64,000 nucleotides of DNA from Flavobacterium sp. (GTDB lineage Bacteria; Bacteroidota; Bacteroidia; Flavobacteriales; Flavobacteriaceae): assembly GCA_036399795.1 (NCBI GenBank), contig DASWML010000001.1, positions 42,712 through 106,711 on the forward strand. The letters run 5' to 3'. The notes beneath the pieces were generated by a model. That model saw only the letters and a list, made by a program, of their open reading frames with translations. It ran no database searches and was not told where the DNA came from. The translations under genes and the position numbers were made by a program. Shown here one piece after another: positions 55,050 to 63,999 of the stretch. The first letter of the stretch is position 1; each line of letters begins with the position of its first letter.

Positions 55050-57470
55050 ATGAAAATATCATATAACTGGCTGAAGCAATTTATCAAAACGGATCTGAAA
55101 TCATCAGAAACTGCCGCACTCCTTACCGATCTCGGGCTTGAGGTCGAAGTTGTCGAAAAATACCAATCGGTAAAAGGCGGACTTGAGGGTATTGTCGTCG
55201 GGCATGTGCTTTCCTGTGTTCAGCATCCTAATGCCGACAGGCTGAAGATAACCAAGGTCGACCTTGGCGACGGAACGCCCGTTCAAATTGTTTGCGGCGC
55301 CTCGAATGTTGAAGCTGGCCAGAAAGTGCCGGTTGCAACTGTCGGAACTACCTTATATGATAAAGACGAACAACCGTTCCAGATCAAGAAAGGGAAGATA
55401 CGCGATGAGGAAAGCCACGGGATGATATGTGCTGAAGATGAAATCGGACTCGGAACAAGCCATGACGGAATTATGGTACTCGATCCTGCGCTGGCTCCCG
55501 GAACACCTGCCGCAAAGGTGTTCAATATTGAAAATGATGAAGTTTTTGAAATCGGACTTACACCGAACCGTGCTGATGCAATGAGCCATATGGGCGTTGC
55601 ACGTGATTTACGCGCGGGATTGCTTCAGAAAAATGTGCATGCCGAATTGATTACGCCGTCGGTCAGTAAATTTAAGGTTGAAAAACGTACCCTTAAAATT
55701 GATGTCGACGTAAAAGACGGAAAGCTGGCGCCAAGATATTGCGGCGTAACGATATCCGGGATCAAAGTGAAACCTTCACCTGAATGGCTTCAGAACAGGC
55801 TAAGGTCAATCGGGCTGACACCAAAAAACAACATTGTCGATGTGACAAATTATGTCCTTCATGAACTCGGGCAGCCGCTTCATGCCTTTGATGCCTCGAA
55901 AATTACCGGTAAAATTGTTGTAAAGACTGTTGCTGCCGGAACTAAATTCACAACGCTCGACGATACCGAAAGAACACTTCATGAGGAAGACCTGATGATT
56001 TGTGATGATAAAGGGCCGCTTTGTATTGCAGGGGTTTTTGGCGGAAAGAATTCTGCCGTAAGCGAAACTACCAATGCTATTTTTCTTGAAAGCGCTTATT
56101 TTAATCCTGTTTCCATCCGTAAAACAGCGAAAAGACACGGGTTAAGTACTGATGCTTCATTTCGTTTTGAAAGAGGAATAGATCCTACAATCACCGAATA
56201 TGCGCTGAAACGTGCCGCGCTGCTGATCCAGGAAGTGGCCGGCGGGGAAATGACTTCAGATGTGGTCGACATTTATCCGAAGAAAATTGAAGATTGGACC
56301 ATCTTCCTGAATTTCAATAAAGCCGCAAAAATCATTGGTCAGGAACTTCCGAAGGAAACCATCAAAAAAATACTGGCATCTCTTGATATTAAAGTCAACA
56401 GTATGTCGGATGCCGGACTCGGACTTGTAATTCCAGCCTACCGCGTTGATGTTCAGCGTGAAATTGATGTCATTGAAGAAATCCTTCGGGTTTACGGATA
56501 TAACAATATCAGTTTTACCAAGAAATTCCATGCGACGGTATCGTATTCGCCACGTACGGAAGACTATAAAGTACAAAATATCATCGCAGCGCAATTAACA
56601 TCATTGGGTTTTAATGAAATGATGGCCAATTCGTTGACAACACCTGATTATGTTGGTCTTTCGCAAAGCCTTAGCGAAGAACACAGCGTTCGGATGCTGA
56701 ATCCGCTGAGCCACGACCTTTCTGCCATGAGGCAATCGATGTTGTTTTGCGGACTGGAAGCTGTGGCCTACAACATCAACAGGCGAAGCCTCGACCTGAA
56801 GTTCTTTGAATTTGGCAAGACCTATCATAATTTTTCTGAAGGTTTTGAGGAGAAAAAACACCTCGCACTCTATATTTCCGGCAGCCGCGTCAAGGAAAGC
56901 TGGGCAAAGCCGCGTAAAAACACTGATTTTTTTCTTTTTAAGGGATACGTAAATTCGGTGCTCCAGCGTCTTGGGATCGATAAAGTGCAAAACCAGCCGG
57001 TAGCATCGGATATTTTCGCCGAAGGCATTGCCATAGTATCCGGAAATGAAGTCATCGTTGAACTCGGAACAATCAAAAAAACAATATTGAAGCATTTCGA
57101 TATCCGTCAGGAAGTTTTCTATGCCGATTTCAACTGGAACGTCATCCTGAAACTCCTTTCAAACAGAATCCGTTTTGCCGAATTGCCGAAATACCCGGAA
57201 GTTCGCCGCGACCTCGCACTGCTGGTTGACCAGAATGTTTCCTTTGATGCTATCTACAAGATTGCGCGGCAGACCGAAAAATCGATGTTGCGCGACGTAA
57301 ATCTTTTTGATGTTTATGAAGGCAGCAATCTTCCTGAAGGGAAAAAATCATACGCAGTGAGCTTTACTATTCAGGACAATACGAAAACATTGACCGATGC
57401 ACAGGTCGACAGGATTATGGCAAAGCTCACACAGAATTTCGAAAGTGAGCTCGGCGCCAGCCTGAGATAG
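55050..57470 (+). CDS. pheT: phenylalanine--tRNA ligase beta subunit
   Basis: The canonical N-terminus MKISYNWLKQFI is present, along with the tRNA-binding OB domain (HPNADRLKITKVDLG), B3/4 and B5 domains, and the FDX-ACB C-terminus. The ORF-track start at 55044 is TTG. Confidence 0.95.
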   Translation: MKISYNWLKQFIKTDLKSSETAALLTDLGLEVEVVEKYQSVKGGLEGIVVGHVLSCVQHPNADRLKITKVDLGDGTPVQIVCGASNVEAGQKVPVATVGTTLYDKDEQPFQIKKGKIRDEESHGMICAEDEIGLGTSHDGIMVLDPALAPGTPAAKVFNIENDEVFEIGLTPNRADAMSHMGVARDLRAGLLQKNVHAELITPSVSKFKVEKRTLKIDVDVKDGKLAPRYCGVTISGIKVKPSPEWLQNRLRSIGLTPKNNIVDVTNYVLHELGQPLHAFDASKITGKIVVKTVAAGTKFTTLDDTERTLHEEDLMICDDKGPLCIAGVFGGKNSAVSETTNAIFLESAYFNPVSIRKTAKRHGLSTDASFRFERGIDPTITEYALKRAALLIQEVAGGEMTSDVVDIYPKKIEDWTIFLNFNKAAKIIGQELPKETIKKILASLDIKVNSMSDAGLGLVIPAYRVDVQREIDVIEEILRVYGYNNISFTKKFHATVSYSPRTEDYKVQNIIAAQLTSLGFNEMMANSLTTPDYVGLSQSLSEEHSVRMLNPLSHDLSAMRQSMLFCGLEAVAYNINRRSLDLKFFEFGKTYHNFSEGFEEKKHLALYISGSRVKESWAKPRKNTDFFLFKGYVNSVLQRLGIDKVQNQPVASDIFAEGIAIVSGNEVIVELGTIKKTILKHFDIRQEVFYADFNWNVILKLLSNRIRFAELPKYPEVRRDLALLVDQNVSFDAIYKIARQTEKSMLRDVNLFDVYEGSNLPEGKKSYAVSFTIQDNTKTLTDAQVDRIMAKLTQNFESELGASLR

Positions 57471-57529
57471 ATTTCTGCGGAAGCTGCTATACAAACGTTG
57501 TATAATTATTTAACTCTAAAACCTCAAGT

Positions 57530-58513
57530 TTGGCTTCTGCTCAAAAAAGAAAATCGCTTTTAACCTTGCTTGGCATCATAGCGTGTACACTTTTGTTGGC
57601 TTGTTCCAAAGAGACAAAGCCGGGCGGAAGACTTGCAATGAAGCAGGTGAACAGCGCCGAAAAAATGCAGGAGTTCATTACGGATATATCTCAGTATTGC
57701 AGAAAATCATCCGCGGGATTTATAATTATTCCCCAGAATGCCAGCGAACTTGCTTTTACCGATGGTAATCCCGAACTCACCATAAATGCCGAGTACATGA
57801 ATGCCATTGATGCCTTTGGTATCGAAGGTCTTTTCTACAATGGCGAATATACTCCCGATACAACAAGGCTTCATATCCTGAGGAAGCTGCAGCCGGCGAA
57901 GAAAATCCTGGTTTCTGAGTACATCTCAACAGACCGCCATGCTCCTGACGTGGTTGAGAAGAACAAAAAAGAAGGGTTTGTGGCCTTCATCCGCACCAAG
58001 AAAAATTACAATTACGAATATATTCCGAAAAGCATCCGGAATGAAAATGCCGAAGATGTAAAGTCAATGGCAGATGTTCAAAATTACCTCTACCTGATCA
58101 ATGCCTCGCAGTATCAAACCAAGGCCGATTTTATCAAAACCATTTCAAAAACCAACCACGATCTGCTCATTATTGACCTGTTCTTTAACAACGAGCCGTG
58201 GACGACATCAGAAATTAAGAAAATGAAAATAAAGGCAAACGGCGGCGAGCGTCTGGTAATTTGCTACATGAATATAGGATCGGCGGAGAATTGGCGGTAT
58301 TACTGGAAAAAAGGCTGGAAGCTCGGTTCGCCAACTTTTCTTGGAAAAAGATATGAAGGATATCAAAATGAATTCTGGGTGCGATTTTGGGAGCCGCAAT
58401 GGCAGGAAATCATTTTCGGAAATGAACAGTCATACGCAAAGAAGATCATCAATGCGGGATTTGACGGTGCCTATCTCGATAATGTCGAAGCTTATCAATA
58501 TATTTTCAAATGA
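57530..58513 (+). CDS. GH114-like / TM1410-family putative glycoside hydrolase lipoprotein (endo-alpha-1,4-polygalactosaminidase-like fold)
   Basis: The lipobox is LLLAC-S. The family signature LVICYMNIGSAENWRYYW...EFWVRFWEPQWQEII...GFDGAYLDNVEAY is present. The start is TTG; no in-frame ATG precedes the signal peptide. Confidence 0.7.
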   Translation: MASAQKRKSLLTLLGIIACTLLLACSKETKPGGRLAMKQVNSAEKMQEFITDISQYCRKSSAGFIIIPQNASELAFTDGNPELTINAEYMNAIDAFGIEGLFYNGEYTPDTTRLHILRKLQPAKKILVSEYISTDRHAPDVVEKNKKEGFVAFIRTKKNYNYEYIPKSIRNENAEDVKSMADVQNYLYLINASQYQTKADFIKTISKTNHDLLIIDLFFNNEPWTTSEIKKMKIKANGGERLVICYMNIGSAENWRYYWKKGWKLGSPTFLGKRYEGYQNEFWVRFWEPQWQEIIFGNEQSYAKKIINAGFDGAYLDNVEAYQYIFK

Positions 58514-58887
58514 TAAAGTTATTCAGCATAGCCGTGATGTTGCTGCTTTCCTGCTCACTTTTGGCGCAGGATGCAAATGTCATCAAGGCAGAAGTCAGGA
58601 AAAAAGGCAATCAAGATATTACAACGATGAACTATTATACGTTGGCCGACCTTGTGCGTTTGCCAAGCCTCGATAAAGGCAAGCACCGCTTTTATATAAC
58701 TGCCGACGAAACCTGTAAACTTTCTTTGGTTGGTGATAAGGGAGCCAAAATCACGACAGCAGAAACGGAACATTTCAACGAAGTCCTGTCGCGCCACAAA
58801 CTTGAATATTATTATGAAAATGTTCGGGTAACCGACTGCAAACAGCTCGGCGGAAGGATATTTCCCATCACGATTATCAAAGAGTAA
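58510..58887 (+). CDS. small secreted hypothetical protein (125 aa)
   Basis: The signal peptide is [21 protein letters not shown]. Its ATG overlaps the stop of the GH114-like gene (ATGA). Confidence 0.6.
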   Translation: MIKLFSIAVMLLLSCSLLAQDANVIKAEVRKKGNQDITTMNYYTLADLVRLPSLDKGKHRFYITADETCKLSLVGDKGAKITTAETEHFNEVLSRHKLEYYYENVRVTDCKQLGGRIFPITIIKE

Positions 58888-59611
58888 TCAGCAGCCGCCT
58901 GGCCCGTTCCAGGTCTTCCGGCGTGTCGATCCCGATGCCAGCATGGTCGGTTTCTACCATCATGATCCTCTTTCCGTATTCCAGGTATCGCAATTGTTCC
59001 AGTTTTTCAGTAGCTTCCAGCGGCGTGACAGCCATTGTTGCAAAATCCATAATGGCCTGTTTACGGAAAGCATATACCCCGATGTGCCGGAAATATTTCA
59101 CCACAGTGCCAGGATCGCGCGGAAAAGGTATCGGTGAGCGCGAAAAATATAGTGCAAAACCGGCCCGATCGGTCACTACTTTCACATTGTTGGGATTGTG
59201 GATTTCATCTGCATCGGAAATTTCAAGCATCAGCGAAGCGAGATCAATGTTTTTCTCGCTGTCGTTCCTGAAAACCTCAAGCAGCATTTCAAGTGGCTTT
59301 TTCTCCATAAAAGGCTCATCGCCCTGAACATTCACGACAATATCGGCTTCAATTCCGGCTACGGCTTCGGCAATGCGGTCACTTCCTGATTCATGCTGTT
59401 TGATGCTCATGATGGCTTTTCCGCCCACGCGTGTAATTTCCTCAAATATCAGTTCAGAATCGGTAACAACAAAGACATCCGAAAACAATCCGGTCGCTGC
59501 TGCGGCTTCATAGGTGCGTGTTATTACGGTTTTTCCGCCCAGGTCTTCCATCAGCTTGGCTGGAAAACGTGTTGATGCATAACGTGCGGGAATGACTGCG
59601 ATGGCTTTCAT
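58877..59611 (-). CDS. kdsB: 3-deoxy-manno-octulosonate cytidylyltransferase (CMP-Kdo synthetase)
   Basis: [20 protein letters not shown] and VNVQGDEPF are present. The start was trimmed to the ATG at 59611. A minus-strand terminator at 59656-59673 lies inside the ORF-track N-terminal extension. Confidence 0.9.
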   Translation of the reverse strand: MKAIAVIPARYASTRFPAKLMEDLGGKTVITRTYEAAAATGLFSDVFVVTDSELIFEEITRVGGKAIMSIKQHESGSDRIAEAVAGIEADIVVNVQGDEPFMEKKPLEMLLEVFRNDSEKNIDLASLMLEISDADEIHNPNNVKVVTDRAGFALYFSRSPIPFPRDPGTVVKYFRHIGVYAFRKQAIMDFATMAVTPLEATEKLEQLRYLEYGKRIMMVETDHAGIGIDTPEDLERARRLLITL

Positions 59612-59655
59612 GGGAATGTTTGAGTAAGCGAAAATACATCTTATAAATAAAAAAA

Positions 59656-59673
59656 GCATCCTCCCCAGGATGC
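59656..59673 (-). terminator. intrinsic terminator GCATCCT-GGGG-AGGATGC followed by T7 (minus strand)
   Basis: It lies downstream of the delta-60 repeat gene and upstream of the kdsB start. Confidence 0.65.
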
Positions 59674-59815
59674 TTTTCGACACACAAACAATAACTGCTT
59701 CAACCTACATTGCCTGCCAAAGACTTTTAAGTCCCTGGTTTCTGGAAGCAGCTATCGCTTTTCTGATGGTCAGGATTGTTAGCATTATCAACATAATGTT
59801 TGGTGTTAGGTTACT

Positions 59816-61174
59816 TTATTGTTTAATGAATCTTGAAATATATTTACCGTTATTGGTTGTTACAGAGACAATATAAACCCCGGATGAAAGCTTGCTCACA
59901 TCTATTGATTCAGATGTACTGCTTTCCAGCAATGTCTTCCCGTGAAGGTCATGTATGGTAACTGACGTCGTATAGCCGGTTTCGGGAAAAACGATGTGCA
60001 GCAGGTTTGTAACAGGATTTGGCCAAAGGTTGAGTTGTCCTACTACATTTTCAGGTGTGGAGAGCATGTTGTAACCGCTGATCCTGGCAATTTTATTCCG
60101 TGCAACGCCATTGTATCCGTTAAAATCACCGGCGATTAATATCCGTCCGTCAGGCTGGATTGAATGGTTAAGTACGATATTGTCAGGGCCGAGCGCCGGA
60201 TCAAACGATTCGTCAAGTGTTCCGTCAGGATAAAGCCTGGCGATCTTTTCCCTCGGAATATCGTTGTATTTGGAGAAAAGCCCTGAGATGATGATTTTTC
60301 CGTCTGGCTGTTCGCTGATGGCAAGTACGCCATAATCAGCAGCAATTCCGTAGTTAAATGTCGTATCAATGATCCCGTTGCTTTCAAGCCTTACGATGCG
60401 GTTGATCGCGAATCCGTCATAAGAAGTGAAATATCCGCCGATAAGAATTTTGCCGTCGTTCTGGATCAGAATGGTTTGGATCGGGTAATCGGTCCCCGAG
60501 CCTGAATAGAAAGAGGTGTCGGTGCTTCCGTCGGCATTGAGCCTGATGAGTTTGTTCGTTGCATTTACAATGTATTGGCCGTTTGGCTGCATTTCGATGT
60601 CGATCACTTCCATTGGGTCGCCATCATAATCGAAAGTAGTATCAAGACTGCCATCCGCGTTGAGCCGGGCGATCCCGTTGCGTGCGATCCAATTGAAGGA
60701 AGTGAATATTCCGCCTATCAGGATTTTTCCGTCGGGTTGTAAAAGACAGTTTGTAATAATATTATTGGCACCATAACCGATGTTGAAAGTATTATCGATG
60801 CTGCCATCCTGGTTTAGGCGGGCAATCCTTTTTTTGCTGGTGTTGTTGAATATGGTAAATTCTCCGGTAACAATAACCTTCGAATCGGGCTGAATTACAG
60901 CGTCAAGAATCAGTTTATTGGCGCCGCTGCCGATATTGAATGTGGGATCGATACTGCCGTCGGTGTTGAGTCGGGCCAGTCTTTTTTTTGTATTTCCGTC
61001 ATAAGACAGAAAGTCGCCACCAATTATGATTTTCTCATCCTGCTGAAGCGCAACAACCTGAATAAGGTTATCCGCGCCGGTACCCGGGTTGAGGGAATGG
61101 TCGAGAGCACCAAATTGTGCATGCATAGAAATACCGGACACCAGGAGTAGTCCCATAAAGTACTTTTTTTCCAT
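59816..61174 (-). CDS. delta-60-repeat beta-propeller protein with T9SS C-terminal sorting domain
   Basis: There are about eight repeats of ...ARLN.DGS.D.TFN.G.GA.... The signal peptide is MGLLLVSGISMHAQ. The C-terminal tail is LNLWPNPVTNLLHIVF...FIKQ. Confidence 0.85.
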   Translation of the reverse strand: MEKKYFMGLLLVSGISMHAQFGALDHSLNPGTGADNLIQVVALQQDEKIIIGGDFLSYDGNTKKRLARLNTDGSIDPTFNIGSGANKLILDAVIQPDSKVIVTGEFTIFNNTSKKRIARLNQDGSIDNTFNIGYGANNIITNCLLQPDGKILIGGIFTSFNWIARNGIARLNADGSLDTTFDYDGDPMEVIDIEMQPNGQYIVNATNKLIRLNADGSTDTSFYSGSGTDYPIQTILIQNDGKILIGGYFTSYDGFAINRIVRLESNGIIDTTFNYGIAADYGVLAISEQPDGKIIISGLFSKYNDIPREKIARLYPDGTLDESFDPALGPDNIVLNHSIQPDGRILIAGDFNGYNGVARNKIARISGYNMLSTPENVVGQLNLWPNPVTNLLHIVFPETGYTTSVTIHDLHGKTLLESSTSESIDVSKLSSGVYIVSVTTNNGKYISRFIKQ

Positions 61175-61314
61175 TTTGTGATTGTTTTTTGTGAGTGAGT
61201 TTTTTTTATTTCTGTTTTAGGCCGGTTCAGGTTGACACTCCTGGTACGGCAGGTTACACATTCGCTATTTTAGGTACCGCAGCGTTGAGAGTCGCAGCGG
61301 GATTGCCGGGAGTT

Positions 61315-61339
61315 GAAAAAACCACCCGGTTACGGGTGG
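61315..61339 (-). terminator. intrinsic terminator CCACCCG-TAAC-CGGGTGG followed by a T run (minus strand)
   Basis: It lies about 40 nt downstream of the CAP-domain gene stop. Confidence 0.7.
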
Positions 61340-61377
61340 TTGTCGTCAAAACAAAACACAATCAAATTCTACCCAAT

Positions 61378-61878
61378 TTATTTTTTCATAAAGATGTTCG
61401 TATAATATTTCTTTCCGTTTTCAGGATTGACTTTGACAGAGATACCGAAGCTTGAGAAATCGCCTTCAATATTTGCCTTATGCCCGGGGCTGTTAAGCCA
61501 CGCATGGAGAGCCGCTTCCGGAGTGATATAGTTGTATGCTACGTTTTCGTTGACCTTAACGGCGCCTAAAACATGGATGATATTTTGTGAGCGTTGTTGG
61601 AAGTAATCATGGTTCACCACATTGTTGGCGATCATGTATTCATTATGCTCTTCTGATTTGTAAGAAATATGATTGATGACTTCCAGCTTCTGGAGTCCTT
61701 TGCTCTCCCTGTAATCATTTATCAGGCGGGCAAGTTGAAGTTCAGTCTCATTGTAATCGTATTCCTGGACAAGCTGGTTGTCTGAAGAGGAAAGATCTTC
61801 TGCATTGTCAGATGTGCAAGAGACAAGTGTAAATATTAATGCAATAGGCAAAAAAGACCTGAGTAGTTTTGCTTTCAT
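61378..61878 (-). CDS. CAP/SCP (PR-1-like, YkwD-type) domain lipoprotein
   Basis: The lipobox is TLVSC-T. The CAP motifs HNEYM...VNHDYF and AWLNSPGHKANIEG are present. Confidence 0.8.
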   Translation of the reverse strand: MKAKLLRSFLPIALIFTLVSCTSDNAEDLSSSDNQLVQEYDYNETELQLARLINDYRESKGLQKLEVINHISYKSEEHNEYMIANNVVNHDYFQQRSQNIIHVLGAVKVNENVAYNYITPEAALHAWLNSPGHKANIEGDFSSFGISVKVNPENGKKYYTNIFMKK

Positions 61879-61896
61879 AGTTTAGTAGGTTAGTTT

Positions 61897-61970
61897 AAAG
61901 TAGATTGTGGGGCAAACTTCTTTAAGGGTGACTTATAAAAATAAAGTAGATTGTGGGGCAAACTTCTTTA
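61897..61970. repeat. two perfect 28-bp direct repeats (AAAGTAGATTGTGGGGCAAACTTCTTTA) at 61897-61924 and 61943-61970
   Basis: The repeats were read directly from the sequence, with a 46-bp period. The proximal copy ends 19 nt upstream of the CAP-gene start codon. Confidence 0.9.
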
Positions 61971-62101
61971 TCGATTTTGGTAAGAACGTTGTTTCTTTTT
62001 GTTGAGGCAATATTAATACAATCATCGTTTAAGTGCAAAATAAAATCGATGAAATACATCATTTTGCACTTTGATAGAGATAAAATCTTACAATTAGGCG
62101 T

Positions 62102-62125
62102 AAAAAAAGCTGCGCAAAGGCAGCT
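62102..62125 (-). terminator. intrinsic terminator AGCTGC-CTTTGC-GCAGCT followed by T7 (minus strand) after pdxH
   Basis: It lies 22 nt downstream of the pdxH stop codon. Confidence 0.7.
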
Positions 62126-62146
62126 TTATCGATGAAATGCATATCA

Positions 62147-62788
62147 TTAAGGGTACAGACGCGACATTGACCATAAATCCCCGCTTTTTTTGTAGATGAT
62201 GCGGTCATGTAAACGATTTTTTCGTCCCTGCCAGAATTCAATTTCCACAGGACGAACAAGATAGCCGCCCCAATGGTCAGGTCGCGGTACAGGTTTGTCC
62301 TGATATTCCCGCTCAAGTTCCGCTAATTTGTCTTCCAGAGCTTTTCTTGAGTGAAGTACTTCGCTTTGGCTTGATGCGATTGCCCCTAGCCTGCTGCCCA
62401 AAGGCCGACTTGCAAAATATAGATCAGAAACATCTTCCGGTGTCTTTTCGGCTTTGCCTTTAATGATCACCTGTCGTTCCATGGATTGCCAAAAAAAAGA
62501 AAGGCATACTGAAGGATTCTCCGCAATTGCTTTTCCTTTTTCTGAATTATAATTGGTGTAGAAGACAAAACCTTCTTCCGTGAATTGCTTCAGCAGGACG
62601 ATCCTGGATTTCGGAAAACCATCAATACCGATTGTCGACACCGTCATCGCATTTACTTCTTCAGGTCCGTCTGCACTATCTGTCTCATGAAACCAGGTAT
62701 TGAACAGCATTATCGGATTGTCGGGAATCGAAACTTCTTCCAACGCGCTTTTTTCGTAGGATTTCCTATAATGGCTAAGATCTTTCAT
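62147..62788 (-). CDS. pdxH: pyridoxamine 5'-phosphate oxidase
   Basis: RIVLLKQFTEEGFVFYTNYNSEKG, the C-terminal IEFWQGRKNRLHDR and a 213-aa length are diagnostic. Confidence 0.95.
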   Translation of the reverse strand: MKDLSHYRKSYEKSALEEVSIPDNPIMLFNTWFHETDSADGPEEVNAMTVSTIGIDGFPKSRIVLLKQFTEEGFVFYTNYNSEKGKAIAENPSVCLSFFWQSMERQVIIKGKAEKTPEDVSDLYFASRPLGSRLGAIASSQSEVLHSRKALEDKLAELEREYQDKPVPRPDHWGGYLVRPVEIEFWQGRKNRLHDRIIYKKSGDLWSMSRLYP

Positions 62789-62837
62789 ATTGATTATGAT
62801 TCGGATAAAGATAATAATTCCAGCCTTAGCCGAAGCC

Positions 62838-63743
62838 TCAGAAATTGAATGACTTTCCGTCGTCGGCGAGAATTACATTAGGAAAAATTGTTTCGGCTTC
62901 AGATTTAAATGGTAAAATGGAGTCATATCGGGTAGAATAATGTCCGAGGATCAACTGCTTTACATTGGCTTTTGCGGCGATCATTGCGGCGTGTTTTGCA
63001 GTACAATGCATTGTTTTCCCTGCAAGCGCTTCCTCTGAATCCAGGAACGTAGCTTCATGATAAAGCACATCGACATTTTGAATCAACGGAACAATATCTT
63101 CATTATAGACGGTATCAGAGCAAAATGCATAGCTTTTCGGCGGCACGGGTTCGAAGGTAAGTTCGTCGTTGCTCACAATGGTTCCGTCATCAAGGGTAAT
63201 GTCTTTGCCAAGAACAATGTTTCGATAATAGCATTTTTCAATATTCCGGTTTTCTGCCGCGAGAACATTCAGCTTCCGCAATCCGCGTTTTTCCCTGAAA
63301 AGGTAGCCATTGGCATAAATGCGGTGCTTAAGCGGAATTGTGGTTACGATCACTTTTTCATCTTCAAAAACGGTTTGCGGCTCATCAGAGTCGAGTTCGT
63401 GGAAGAAAAGGTCGTATGAAGTCCAGGATTGTGTCAGCCTCAGTTGAAGCGTTATCAATTCCCTGATTCCTTTCGGGCCGTGTATGTGGAGTGCTGCAGT
63501 CCGGTTCAGCAGCATGTAGGTCGAGACCAATCCTATCAGGCCGTACATATGATCGCCATGTAAATGGGAAATAAAAATGTGGTTGATCTTGGAGAATTTG
63601 ATTTTGTTTTTCCTCAATTGAACCTGCGTTCCTTCACTGCAGTCGATCAGGAACAGGCGTCCGCCAATCTCCAGGACTTGCGATGTCGGATTGGTGAATG
63701 TACGTGGCGTGGCGGCATAACAGCCAAGTATGGTGAGGTTCAT
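62838..63743 (-). CDS. rnz: ribonuclease Z (metallo-beta-lactamase tRNA 3' endonuclease)
   Basis: The N-terminus is MNLTILGCYAATP and the HxHxDH motif is ISHLHGDHMYGL. The length is about 300 aa. Confidence 0.9.
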   Translation of the reverse strand: MNLTILGCYAATPRTFTNPTSQVLEIGGRLFLIDCSEGTQVQLRKNKIKFSKINHIFISHLHGDHMYGLIGLVSTYMLLNRTAALHIHGPKGIRELITLQLRLTQSWTSYDLFFHELDSDEPQTVFEDEKVIVTTIPLKHRIYANGYLFREKRGLRKLNVLAAENRNIEKCYYRNIVLGKDITLDDGTIVSNDELTFEPVPPKSYAFCSDTVYNEDIVPLIQNVDVLYHEATFLDSEEALAGKTMHCTAKHAAMIAAKANVKQLILGHYSTRYDSILPFKSEAETIFPNVILADDGKSFNF

Positions 63744-63768
63744 TAAATCTTCTTGTTCTTTTAAGGAA

Positions 63769-63999
63769 TCAGAACCCGAGATCGCGCTCTATTTCCTCCA
63801 TTTCAATAATATCATGCGCTTCCAGTTGTGAAGGCACGACAATGAGTGATGCCGGAATTGCATTAAAATCGATATCGGCAGTAACCAATACAAACGATTT
63901 TTTCTTTTTTTTATGTTGTTTGGAAAGAGGAATGAACTTGCTGATTGTTGCTAAAGTTGCACCGGCATCGTGCGAAATATCCACAACAAGGTTATGGTT
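63769..63999 (-). CDS. hypothetical protein, truncated at the 5' end by the window edge (possibly STAS-like)
   Basis: The frame stays open to the window end (…NHNLVVDISHDAGATLATISKF…). The family was not confidently recognised. An in-frame A8 run encodes KKKKK. Confidence 0.45.
   Translation of the reverse strand, partial: NHNLVVDISHDAGATLATISKFIPLSKQHKKKKKSFVLVTADIDFNAIPASLIVVPSQLEAHDIIEMEEIERDLGF

Noticed and set aside
7206-57095. Other long shadow ORFs (7206-7769, 8172-8726, 10585-11193, 13741-14205, 32573-33076, 37453-38040, 44291-44761, 45839-46303, 56601-57095 and many shorter ones)
   Set aside because: Each lies entirely inside, and antisense or out of frame to, a gene with clear family signatures. 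None has independent start, promoter or terminator support.
63901-63912. A8 run (T8 on the plus strand) encoding KKKKK in the last, partial gene, and a T8 run at 8892-8899 inside a GT gene, as further frameshift sites
   Set aside because: Both ORFs read through these homopolymers in frame. They therefore give no evidence of disruption and only show that not every homopolymer in the assembly is broken.
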